A stretch of 64,000 nt of DNA, from the NCBI GenBank assembly GCA_963665095.1, contig OY762069.1, positions 2,496,001 to 2,560,000 of the forward strand, written 5' to 3'. The DNA comes from an uncultured Desulfobacter sp. (lineage in GTDB: Bacteria; Desulfobacterota; Desulfobacteria; Desulfobacterales; Desulfobacteraceae). Position 1 is the first letter of the stretch. Every line of letters starts with the position of its first letter. The position numbers and the translations under genes are program-made. Of the stretch, positions 43,383 to 52,568 are shown piece by piece. Under the pieces are notes generated by a model that saw only the letters and a program-made list of their open reading frames with translations, was not told where the DNA came from and made no database searches.

Positions 43383-43416
43383 ATTGCAAACCCAAGGATA
43401 TTGCAGGAGATAACAT

Positions 43417-45069
43417 ATGGAAAAATCGACTATAAATAACTCGCCGGTTCAGGTCAGCCGCGATCTTCTGGACAGGTTGATCTCCCTGGCCGGAGAACTT
43501 GTACTGGGCCGAAATCAGCTTATCCAGGGAATCAATAATTGCGACATGGCAGTGATTGCAACATCCGGGCAGAGTATTGACCTCATCACATCTGAGATCC
43601 AGGATGCCATCATGCAGACCCGGATGCAGTCCCTTGCCGGCCTTTTTGAAAATATAAGTCATAAATTCGGAGATCAGGTCAGACTTGATAAAAATGGCAA
43701 AGCAGTTTTTCTTGACAGAACCATCCTTGAGGCCATCCGGGACCCCCTATATGCACTTATTGAAATTTTTGTTCAAAATAAGACAGAATCTTTTCAAACC
43801 CAAAGCCCGGATGACAGCCCAATTGTGTTAAAATCACTCCAGGAGACAGGCCAGGTGAATATCGTTGTCTCGGCTGCAAATGTTTTGCTTTCGCCAACCC
43901 ATGTTCCCGGCCATATCACTTCCACCATTGAAGCGTTCGGCGGCATGATTGAGGTGGAATCTTTGAACAATAAAAGTTCAGTTTATATTAAATTGCCTTT
44001 GACGCTTTCAATTATTCCAAGTCAGATGATTTCCATTGGAGAAGAGCAGTTTGCGCTCCCGCAGACAAATCTAAGTGAGCTTTTAAGAATTCCAGCCGCA
44101 GAGGTAAAAAACAGAATTGAAAAAATCGGAGATGCGGACGTGATACGGCTTCGGGGAGATCTGATGCCGCTGCTCAGGCTGTCTGACCTGCTAGGAATTG
44201 AAAAAAGCTATCTGAATTCTGAAACAGGACAACAGACCCCTGACCGCAGAATAAGTGTGGCGGATCGCCGCTCCAGAAAACATTCCACCGACGGCAGCAT
44301 GATGCCCGCCCAAGAAACAACAGATAAGGCAAATACACAAGAACGGGAAAAAACTGACCGGCGGCAGCATCGGTCCAGTGTCACCAATATCGCCATTGTA
44401 TCTGCAGGCAATTATAAATACGGGCTTGTGGTTGATAAATTCCATGATTCCGAAGAAATTGTTGTCAAACCGGTGGGGCGCCACTTGAAAGGGTATAAGG
44501 CATATGCCGGGGCCACCATTATGGGAGACGGAAAAGTGTGCCTGATTCTTGATATTTTGAACCTGGCACAGATGGCGGAACTGTCTACGGTGTCGGAATC
44601 AAAGCAGATCTCAGACAATCTGGCCCCGGACGCCGTATCACAAAAAGATAAAGAAGCCATTGTTCTATTTAAAAATATGGACACTGAATATTTTGCGGCG
44701 TCTTTTGAACATGTCCACAGAATTGAACGAGTCTCGACCGCCGATATTGAACTGGTAGAAAATCAGACGATTATACAATACCGTGGTAAAGCACTCAGGC
44801 TTTATGAAGTTTCTGACATCGCCGATGTCAAGGTCCCGCCAAAAAGGGATCTGCAGGAGGTGATTGTATTTAACGTCGATGGCAAAGAGTTTGGACTCAT
44901 GGTATCGCCGCCTGTGGATATTCTTGAACTGCACCTGGACGTTGATGAAAATAATTTCAAGCAGCTTGGAATTAAGGGCACCATGACTATTCACGGCCAT
45001 ACCACCCTTGTACTGGACATTCCGGAAACCGCTGAAATGCTTTATATGGAGAGGTGCAATTATGTTTAA
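43417..45069 (+). CDS. CheA-derived protein: dimerisation domain, degenerate ATPase, two CheW-like domains, no Hpt
   Basis: LLDRLISLAGELVLGRNQL...RMQ (P3); LDRTILEAIRDPL; IKLPLTL; EEIVVKP...GATIMGDGKVCLILD (P5); own GGAG RBS. Confidence 0.88.
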   Translation: MEKSTINNSPVQVSRDLLDRLISLAGELVLGRNQLIQGINNCDMAVIATSGQSIDLITSEIQDAIMQTRMQSLAGLFENISHKFGDQVRLDKNGKAVFLDRTILEAIRDPLYALIEIFVQNKTESFQTQSPDDSPIVLKSLQETGQVNIVVSAANVLLSPTHVPGHITSTIEAFGGMIEVESLNNKSSVYIKLPLTLSIIPSQMISIGEEQFALPQTNLSELLRIPAAEVKNRIEKIGDADVIRLRGDLMPLLRLSDLLGIEKSYLNSETGQQTPDRRISVADRRSRKHSTDGSMMPAQETTDKANTQEREKTDRRQHRSSVTNIAIVSAGNYKYGLVVDKFHDSEEIVVKPVGRHLKGYKAYAGATIMGDGKVCLILDILNLAQMAELSTVSESKQISDNLAPDAVSQKDKEAIVLFKNMDTEYFAASFEHVHRIERVSTADIELVENQTIIQYRGKALRLYEVSDIADVKVPPKRDLQEVIVFNVDGKEFGLMVSPPVDILELHLDVDENNFKQLGIKGTMTIHGHTTLVLDIPETAEMLYMERCNYV

Positions 45070-45511
45070 CAACCAAGAAAAAGCTGCTTCCATGGCAGCA
45101 GATATTTCCACCTTTTTTATAGGTGACGCTGTGCTGGGGATCAACATTCTGGCAATACAGGAAATAAACAAACCTTTAGAGATCACAAAGGTCCCGTTAT
45201 CCACAGACACTATTGACGGGGTCATGAATTTAAGGGGAAATATTGTGACGGTTCTGAATACAGGCAAAATACTTGGACTGCCTGGTTTAAAAGAACGAAA
45301 GGATCAAAGAATTATAATTGTTGACTCAAAGGGGGAGTATGTCGGGCTGATTGTGGATGCGATCGGTGATGTTGTTCAGGCAGATAAAAACGATATAAAA
45401 CCGCCCCCTCCCAACATTGACCATTTAAATAAAGACTATTTTCATGGGGTTCTGGAAAAAACAGATTCCCTGATCGGCATTCTGGACACTGACAAATTAA
45501 TTGGGGCTTAA
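45062..45511 (+). CDS. cheW: Chemotaxis coupling protein CheW
   Basis: IQEI...VP...GVMNLRGNIVTV, GLIVDAIGDV; overlaps the stop of the previous gene. Confidence 0.93.
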   Translation: MFNNQEKAASMAADISTFFIGDAVLGINILAIQEINKPLEITKVPLSTDTIDGVMNLRGNIVTVLNTGKILGLPGLKERKDQRIIIVDSKGEYVGLIVDAIGDVVQADKNDIKPPPPNIDHLNKDYFHGVLEKTDSLIGILDTDKLIGA

Positions 45512-45569
45512 ATATAAATCCGGGCTTTAACTTGGCCTTACTCAGATGGATTTGCTTAATTGGGCTGAC

Positions 45570-45860
45570 TCATTGGCCGGCCCCGGGTTTAGCACCCCCC
45601 GAAAAACGACCTTTAATATAGGCAAAAAACCGTCTCCAATCCTGGAGACACAGGGCAAAAAAGGCCCCTACCCCTCCTGCCGATGCCATGCCCACAGGAC
45701 ACCCCTGCTGCCCGCAGAAGGGGCAGACTGAAAACATGGCATATAGGCCGGTAATACCAAACCAGGAGGCAAAAAACCGGAACAAGTGCCCGAACAAAGA
45801 CAGCTTTAGTTTATCATGACCGCCATGAATCTGTTCAATTTGAGATATCTTTTTTTCCAT
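45570..45860 (-). CDS. Small membrane protein with CPFCGxxGCP motif
   Basis: Hydrophobic helix-SVCPFCGQQGCPVG-hydrophobic helix, ~96 aa. Confidence 0.6.
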   Translation of the reverse strand: MEKKISQIEQIHGGHDKLKLSLFGHLFRFFASWFGITGLYAMFSVCPFCGQQGCPVGMASAGGVGAFFALCLQDWRRFFAYIKGRFSGGAKPGAGQ

Positions 45861-45979
45861 TGTAAGGGTCCGCCAGTTCCTGTTTACCGTAAAACTACTA
45901 TGCGTATACTGACAGCAAAAATACCACACCAGACCGCCAATTTGGAGTATAAACTTATATAAAAGAGGAATACCCACCC

Positions 45980-46360
45980 ATGAAAATAATTTTACATGCA
46001 CTTAAAGGGTATGAATTCAGGGATCAGCTGAAAAAAAAGATTGAGCAGGCGTTTCCCCATGGCCAGGTGATTCTGGCAGACTCAGGGCAGCATTTATGCG
46101 AAACACTTGGCCGGCCATTACACAAGGTTTCCGTATTGATTGCGTTTATTTCCGATTCAGAGGATGTCGGTACCCTCTCCCATTTAAAACCACTGCTCGA
46201 AAACATCAAAATGATACTTATTTTCTGTAGACAAAGTGACGAGATTCAAAGGGCTGCGCTCCGGCTGGAACCCTTGTATACCAGCCATTCCGCAACGAAT
46301 TTCCAGGATGTTATTTCAGTTTTACAGCGCATTGAACAAAAACAGATACGCCCAGTATAA
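45980..46360 (+). CDS. Hypothetical protein, degenerate receiver-like, paralog 2
   Basis: AGAGGA RBS; paralog of 40734-41126. Confidence 0.75.
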   Translation: MKIILHALKGYEFRDQLKKKIEQAFPHGQVILADSGQHLCETLGRPLHKVSVLIAFISDSEDVGTLSHLKPLLENIKMILIFCRQSDEIQRAALRLEPLYTSHSATNFQDVISVLQRIEQKQIRPV

Positions 46361-46468
46361 AATTGTCAAGATGGTTGGCGCCCGATTGCAGAAAACAAAC
46401 AGGCGCCCTGAAAAAAATATCCAGCGCATCCTAAGGCATATTCATGTGATTTAATCTGATCCCAAGCC

Positions 46469-47227
46469 TTACCCTGGACCGGATATCAAAACCAGCCCGC
46501 AGGCAGGTTTCATTTCAGAGGAGTCCGAAGACCATCCGGCAAGGGCCATAAGCTTTCTTACATTGATGCCGAAACCGGACATGGACTGTCTGGCAACATC
46601 AGGATTTCTGCAGTCTCCTTTACCTGAAATCACATTGCAATTGAGATATTCGCCGCAAAACAGCTTTTTGCAGGATCCGGCCGCATATGCCTTTGACCGG
46701 ATATAACCCATCTGTTTTGCGTTTTCTTCAATGCTGGATCCAATGTGGTGCAGCAACCGGAATATTTCAATCCGCTGATAGGAATACATGATGTCTGAAG
46801 GGACGGTTATTCTAAAAACAATGGCATCTGAACAAGAATTAATTCGTTTGCGAAACCCCTTGGGACCGCTTACATGGGGCGGACAGCTAAGGGAGGCCCC
46901 GTAACCTTCACACTGGGGATTTTCACATAACAAGGCAAGTTCCCGGCTGGTTTCAATTTGGTCCGCTTTAATGCAGGCTGCATCTGATGCGCCAGACTGA
47001 TACGCTGCCTGCAACAGCAATTCAATATTTTTTGGGGTGTGACGCTTGGAAAATTTTTCTTCGGCCCCGTCTGATGCAGACCGGATTGACAGGTATTCCT
47101 GCCAGGGATTGCACACAGGTTCTGCCGTGCAAAGGCTGTCAATATAACAGTCTTCACACATAATTTTATCCATGTGGCTTCGCGCGTCATCTTCTTTGAT
47201 TGCCCTATGGCAGCTTTGACATTTCAT
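46469..47227 (-). CDS. DUF2284-like Cys-rich metal-binding protein with N-terminal zinc-finger-like module
   Basis: CQSC...CEDC N-terminus; CEGYGASLSCPPH, AGSCKKLFC, CRNPDVARQSMSGFGINV. Confidence 0.75.
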   Translation of the reverse strand: MKCQSCHRAIKEDDARSHMDKIMCEDCYIDSLCTAEPVCNPWQEYLSIRSASDGAEEKFSKRHTPKNIELLLQAAYQSGASDAACIKADQIETSRELALLCENPQCEGYGASLSCPPHVSGPKGFRKRINSCSDAIVFRITVPSDIMYSYQRIEIFRLLHHIGSSIEENAKQMGYIRSKAYAAGSCKKLFCGEYLNCNVISGKGDCRNPDVARQSMSGFGINVRKLMALAGWSSDSSEMKPACGLVLISGPG

Positions 47228-47360
47228 TAAGGTTTCCCCTTGCCATTGAGATAAAGCAGAGTCACAGCAGCCCCTTTTTCCAATGCTGTTTTGTTAAACA
47301 TCCCGGCCATGGCGGCGGTACTGTCCCTGCGTCTGGGACTGCCAAGCGATGTGACAATAT

Positions 47361-47849
47361 TCATAAGCCTTTTTTTTGTTTCAATCCCTTTTGTATTTTT
47401 TTCATCAACCTGATTGACTCCTTGATTTCAGCATCATTCAGCATGTCAAAATAGCCGTGACTCAACTGGCTCAAAGCCGTTACACACTGTTTCCACAGCC
47501 CTGCCCCCTGGCTTGTCTCCGAAAGAAGGGTGGATCTTCTGTCACCTGGATATACTGTCAAGCCAACCAGATGTCTGTCCTGGAACATCTTGACAATTTT
47601 GGAAATATTGGATTTTTCAAACAGAAGCGTTTCGCATATCATTTTCTGGCTCACCGGCCCGTTCCAGATAATTTCGTCCAGCACAACAAACTGCTGGTAC
47701 TTAAGGCCAAAGGGTGCAAGCACCTGATTGACCTCCCGTTGCAGGAACTGACTGCATTTTAAAAATTCCAGGACCAGCCGAAACTCTTTTCCGGTGCAAA
47801 TTGATCCTGCATTATTCTGTTGTTCATCATGTTCATCAGACAGTGCCAT
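47361..47849 (-). CDS. MarR-family regulator
   Basis: GLKYQQFVVL...SQK...KSNISKIVK...DRRS; start position uncertain. Confidence 0.85.
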   Translation of the reverse strand: MALSDEHDEQQNNAGSICTGKEFRLVLEFLKCSQFLQREVNQVLAPFGLKYQQFVVLDEIIWNGPVSQKMICETLLFEKSNISKIVKMFQDRHLVGLTVYPGDRRSTLLSETSQGAGLWKQCVTALSQLSHGYFDMLNDAEIKESIRLMKKIQKGLKQKKGL

Positions 47850-47981
47850 GATCAGAAGTCCCTGAATTAGGTAAAATTCGGTCACCGATAAACTTAGCCC
47901 ATGGATATAGTTTCCATGGAAACCAATAGCTTTATTTGGTTTCCACGTCAACTATTTTTTTATGACAGAAAAAGGAAGGGG

Positions 47982-48008
47982 AAAAAGGGCCGGCACAGCT
48001 GCCGGCCC
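47982..48008 (-). terminator. Rho-independent terminator after etfA
   Basis: GGGCCGGCA-N4-TGCCGGCCC stem with a T-run on the minus strand. Confidence 0.75.
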
Positions 48009-48030
48009 CCCAAAAAACGTCAGGAAGGGG

Positions 48031-48990
48031 TTATGCGCTCAGTTCTTTGGTGATGGCCGGCACCACTTTGAACAGATCATCCACAATGCAGTAGTCTGCC
48101 ACCTTGAAGATCAGGGCGTCGGGATCGTTATTTACAGCCACGATGATATCGGAAGTTGACATGCCCGCCACATGCTGCATGGCACCGGAGATGCCGCAGG
48201 CAATGTAGAGTTTGGGGGAGACCACCTTGCCGGTCTGGCCCACCTGGTCGGACTGGGGCCGCCAGCCAAGGTCCACGGCATTTCTGGAAGCGCCCACCAC
48301 CCCGCCAAGGGCCTTTGCAAGGTCTTCAAGGATGGTGAAATCCTCGCTTTCCAAGCCCCTTCCGCCGGAGACGATATAGTCGGCTTCGGTGAGATCGGCT
48401 TTGGCAGATACTTCCACCTTTTCCTCAAGCAGCGTGACATTGGATGCAGGGATGTCCACGGCCACAGCAGCCATGTCGCCCTTGCCGTCACAGGGGGTGA
48501 CCTCAAAGACATTGGGACGGATGGAGACCATCTGGATGTCGCCCTCAATATCCACAGTGGCAATGACCTTGCCGCCGTACAAGGCCCTTCTGGCCACCAG
48601 ACGCCCCTCTTCCACGAACAGATCGGAACACGCCACAGCCAGTCCGCAGTCAAGTTGAGCTGCCACACCGGCGGAGAGCTCCCGGCCCTGACGGGTGGCA
48701 CCGAAAATAACAATGCCGGGCTGTTTTTCTTCGATCACTTTACAGGTGATCTGTTCGTACTCCCAGGGGCGATATGAAGAGAGGGCAGCATCATCAGCGG
48801 TAAGGATCAGGTCGGCACCAAAGCCTGCGAGCGTTCTTGCCGTTGCATATATATTGTTTCCCAGAACCAGGCAGGTCAGGCCGCACCCTTTTTCATCGGC
48901 CAGCCTGCGACCGATGCAGGCGGCTTCCAAAGAAATTTTTCGAAAGTCACCATTCCAGATTTCAGTGACCACCAGTATATCGTTTGACAT
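48031..48990 (-). CDS. etfA: Electron transfer flavoprotein alpha subunit
   Basis: VSGGRG, QVGQTGK, LYIACGISGAMQH. Confidence 0.95.
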   Translation of the reverse strand: MSNDILVVTEIWNGDFRKISLEAACIGRRLADEKGCGLTCLVLGNNIYATARTLAGFGADLILTADDAALSSYRPWEYEQITCKVIEEKQPGIVIFGATRQGRELSAGVAAQLDCGLAVACSDLFVEEGRLVARRALYGGKVIATVDIEGDIQMVSIRPNVFEVTPCDGKGDMAAVAVDIPASNVTLLEEKVEVSAKADLTEADYIVSGGRGLESEDFTILEDLAKALGGVVGASRNAVDLGWRPQSDQVGQTGKVVSPKLYIACGISGAMQHVAGMSTSDIIVAVNNDPDALIFKVADYCIVDDLFKVVPAITKELSA

Positions 48991-49007
48991 GGATTGTTTC
49001 TCCTTTT

Positions 49008-49802
49008 TTAAATGATGCGGGCTTCTTCTTTAAGAAGCCTGACCAGCTCTTTGGCCTTTTCTTCCGGGGTGCGGCCCGGTACCACTTTGCCGTCGCCACG
49101 CCGGGCCGGGTATTCCAGGGTACGAATTTTCACTTTGGGGGACAGCGCTTCGGGGTCAAGACCAAGGCCTTCAATATCCCTTGTATCCACTTTTTTCTTT
49201 TTCGCCTTCATGATGGCGCGAAAGTTGGGATAACGGGGGTCATTCAGCCCGCGGTTGGCCGTGATGATGGCAGGACGTGATGCTTTCACAACGGCGGTTC
49301 CGCCATCCACGGCCTGTTCACAGACAATGGCGCCATCTTCAAGGGTCAGTTTGGTGACAAGGTTCACCATGGGCATGCCGCACATCTTTGAAATAAGCGC
49401 CGGGACCTGGTAGTTGTCATCATCCACGGCCCTTGCCCCTGCGATGATCAGGTCACAGGGCATCTCTTTCAGGGCTGTGGCAAGGATGGTTGACGTTGTG
49501 TGGGCATCTGTTGCGGCAAACGTACCCTCATCCACTTCATCATCGATGTGAATGGCAGTGTCAACGCCCATGGCATAGGCCACACGGATCGCTTCCGATA
49601 CCCGTTCCGGCCCCACAGTCAAAACAGTGACCGTCACATCGTCACGGCGCTCCTTGATCAGCAGCGCCTCTTCCAGTGCAAATTCATCGTAGGGGTTGAT
49701 GGCCCATTTTAACTCTTCCGTATCAAGACAGGTGCCGCAGGAAGCGATCTCAACCGGTGCTTCAGTGTCCGGTACCTGTTTCATTAGAACTATGATATCC
49801 AT
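49008..49802 (-). CDS. etfB: Electron transfer flavoprotein beta subunit
   Basis: KQVPDT, INPYDEFALEEAL, AMGVD, NDPRY. Confidence 0.95.
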   Translation of the reverse strand: MDIIVLMKQVPDTEAPVEIASCGTCLDTEELKWAINPYDEFALEEALLIKERRDDVTVTVLTVGPERVSEAIRVAYAMGVDTAIHIDDEVDEGTFAATDAHTTSTILATALKEMPCDLIIAGARAVDDDNYQVPALISKMCGMPMVNLVTKLTLEDGAIVCEQAVDGGTAVVKASRPAIITANRGLNDPRYPNFRAIMKAKKKKVDTRDIEGLGLDPEALSPKVKIRTLEYPARRGDGKVVPGRTPEEKAKELVRLLKEEARII

Positions 49803-49876
49803 ATCTTGGTTTTCCTTTAAAAGGGGTGCCGGCAGCCCCGGCGTAACAGGGCTGCCCATTGTACAAGGGTAAAGTC

Positions 49877-52321
49877 TTACATTTTGGTTCTCAGGTTTTT
49901 GGGGTCATAGGCAGAAGAAAGGTGCAGGGTGGCAGATCTTAGCACCCCTTCCACCATGATCTGGTAAGTGCCCTGGGTCAGCCACTCTTTGGTCACGCCT
50001 TCCGGGTTTTTCAGATACCCTAGGGCACAGGCAGCGCCCACCTCAAATCCGTAGGCACCCGAGGTGCAGGTGCTGTTGAGCTCACCGTTTCTAAAAATGG
50101 GTTCGTTGCCGTAGAGCATGATATCGGGCTCATCCAGGGTGAACATGACAAGTTTGCGTGAAAGGGGTTTTCCCTTTTGTTCGGCCAGGGCAGCCTTGCC
50201 GATGAAATCATCTTTTGAAAGCTTGACGCCAAAGCCCAATCCCGCCTCATAGGGGGTGTCGTCCGGGGTGATGTCGGACTCCCAGTGGCGGTAGCCGGTC
50301 TCAAGACGAAGGGAGTTCACCGCCTGCATACCCACAGGTTTCAGGCCGTATTTCTTTCCTTTCTCCATGATGGTGTCAAAGGCGGCAAGCGTATGGTTGG
50401 TGGGGATGTAAAGCTCCCAGCCAAGTTCCCCCACATAGGACATGCGAACCGCTAAACACCGGGTGTATGCCAGATCCATCTCTTTGGCGGTGGAAAAGGG
50501 AAAGGCCTCATTGGAAAGGTCTTCACTGGTCAAATCGCTTAAAAGATCCCGGGATTTCGGCCCCATCACCGCCAGCATGGCATAGCCGTGGGTCACGTCA
50601 ATAATGGTGCAGATGGCGTCTTTGGGGATGCGGCGCTTGATGTAGTCAAGATCCCGCACAGGGGTGCCGGCTGCCGTGACAATGAAAAAGGTCTCATCGT
50701 CAATTTTTGATACAGTGATATCGGTTTCAAATCCGCCGCGCTCGTTGACCACCGGGGTATAGGTCACGGTGCCGGCAGGGCCTGCGATATCGTTGGTGCA
50801 GATGTTCTGGAGCACGGACTGGGCATCCCGGCCCTGGACCATGAACTTGCCCATGGAGGTAAGATCATAGATGCCCACCCCGTGGCGGACAGCCAGGTGC
50901 TCTTCCTTCTGCCAGGGCAGCCAGTTCGGGGAGCGCCAGTCATATTTATGAACCGCCTTTTCACCCTCGGGGGCAAAGAAGTCGGCCCGCTCCCAGCCCG
51001 CGATCATGGAGAAAGCAGCCCCCATGGATTTGAGCCGGTCATGCAGGGGAGAGCAGATCACAGGGCGGGCAGTGGCGCGCTGCCGGTTGGGATAGTGCTG
51101 CTCATAAAGGATGCCCACGGACTCTTTTACCCGGTCATGCAGGTACTTGGCATTGCGCTGCCAGGGGAACCAGCGGCGGACATCCACAGGCCACAGCTGC
51201 TCTTCGGGATACCCCTGGGCCACCCACTGGGCCAGGGCCCGGCCAACGCCGGCAGACCCTGCAATCCCCACGGAGTTCATGCCGCAGCCCACAAAGAAAT
51301 TTTTCACATGGGGTACTTCACCGATCATAAAGGCGTTGTCCGGGGTGAAACTTTCCGCAGAGATCTGCAGATGCCGGATTTCAGCATCCTCAAGGGCTGG
51401 GAAGCGCTCAAACCCGCACTCCATAAAGGGCTCCAACAGATCCCAGTCCTGGTTGAGTTCGGTGAACTTCCAGCTTTCAGGGATCCCCTTCATGCCCCAG
51501 GGTTTGGCTTCCACTTCAAAACCGCCCAGAAGAATGCCGCCGGACTCTTCTTTGAAGTAGGTCACCCCGTCAAAGTCACGCACCGTGGGAAAGTGTTTTT
51601 TCAAGCCCTTGATGGGCACGGTGATGGCATGCAGATGTTCGGCCGGATGAAGGGGCAGGCATACATTGAGTTTGGCGCCGATGCTACGGCTCCACATGCC
51701 GGCACAGTTGATCAGGATCTGGCAGGAAATGTCACCGTTTTCGGTTTTCACCCCTGTGATCTCTCCGTCCTTGGCAAGGATGTCCAGCACCTTGCAGTTT
51801 TCAATGATGGTGGCACCACCGGTTTTGGCACCCTTGGCCAGGGCCTGGGTGGTGCCGATGGGGTCGACCTGGCCGTCATTGGGCAGGTAAAAGGCGGCAA
51901 TCAGCCCCTCTGTGCTCATGCCCGGCACCATATCCTGGGCCTCTTTCAAGCTGATTTCATGCATATCAATGCCAAAGGCCTTGGCCATGGCAGAGCCCTG
52001 CAGCCACTCCCGGCGGCGGTCCTCGGTCTGGCAGACGCCAATGGCACCGGTGCGGACAAAGCCTGTGTTCACGCCGGTCTCTTCGCCTAACCGGGCATAG
52101 AGCTCGGTGGCGTATTTGGCCAGGTTGGTCATCTCCTGGTTCTGGCGCAGCTGGGCCAGAAGACCGGCTGCTGCAAAGGTAGTGCCCGAGCCAAGCTCTT
52201 TTCTTTCGAGCAGCAGGACATCTTTAAAACCGGCCTTGGTAAGATGATAAGCCGTGGAGCATCCAACAATGCCGCCGCCGATGATCACGATCTGGGCCTG
52301 GGTAGGAAATTGGGAAGTCAT
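49877..52321 (-). CDS. GcvT-family FAD-dependent dehydrogenase (dimethylglycine/sarcosine-dehydrogenase-like)
   Basis: IIGGGIVG, ESFTPD, GWER, SYVGELGWEL, SLRLE; DAO plus GcvT folate-binding domains. Confidence 0.92.
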   Translation of the reverse strand: MTSQFPTQAQIVIIGGGIVGCSTAYHLTKAGFKDVLLLERKELGSGTTFAAAGLLAQLRQNQEMTNLAKYATELYARLGEETGVNTGFVRTGAIGVCQTEDRRREWLQGSAMAKAFGIDMHEISLKEAQDMVPGMSTEGLIAAFYLPNDGQVDPIGTTQALAKGAKTGGATIIENCKVLDILAKDGEITGVKTENGDISCQILINCAGMWSRSIGAKLNVCLPLHPAEHLHAITVPIKGLKKHFPTVRDFDGVTYFKEESGGILLGGFEVEAKPWGMKGIPESWKFTELNQDWDLLEPFMECGFERFPALEDAEIRHLQISAESFTPDNAFMIGEVPHVKNFFVGCGMNSVGIAGSAGVGRALAQWVAQGYPEEQLWPVDVRRWFPWQRNAKYLHDRVKESVGILYEQHYPNRQRATARPVICSPLHDRLKSMGAAFSMIAGWERADFFAPEGEKAVHKYDWRSPNWLPWQKEEHLAVRHGVGIYDLTSMGKFMVQGRDAQSVLQNICTNDIAGPAGTVTYTPVVNERGGFETDITVSKIDDETFFIVTAAGTPVRDLDYIKRRIPKDAICTIIDVTHGYAMLAVMGPKSRDLLSDLTSEDLSNEAFPFSTAKEMDLAYTRCLAVRMSYVGELGWELYIPTNHTLAAFDTIMEKGKKYGLKPVGMQAVNSLRLETGYRHWESDITPDDTPYEAGLGFGVKLSKDDFIGKAALAEQKGKPLSRKLVMFTLDEPDIMLYGNEPIFRNGELNSTCTSGAYGFEVGAACALGYLKNPEGVTKEWLTQGTYQIMVEGVLRSATLHLSSAYDPKNLRTKM

Positions 52322-52384
52322 TTACGTTCTCCTTACATATATATTGATTGTGCGTGGGTTTTTATTCTCTATGTCCGGTGTTGA

Positions 52385-52556
52385 GCAAACCCTGTGCCAG
52401 GGTGAAAGAATGCTTAATCGGATATATATTATTTCTTTAAAATTCAAATATTTATATTTTTATCATCCTTGTTTTCCACCCCGGTTCCAGCCCTTGTGTG
52501 AATCACTAATTCACAAAGTGATTCACAGGGACGGAATCTGATGCATGGATGAATCA
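52385..52556 (-). promoter_or_regulatory. Sigma54 promoter plus UAS for the dehydrogenase-etfBA unit
   Basis: TGGCAC-agggt-TTGC (minus strand, 52385-99); ATGCA-tgga-TGAATCA at 52541-56. Confidence 0.75.
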
Positions 52557-52568
52557 TCTACCTTTTCG

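Noticed and set aside
50882..52090. 402-aa plus-strand ORF
   Set aside because: Antisense shadow of the GC-rich dehydrogenase gene with no motifs.
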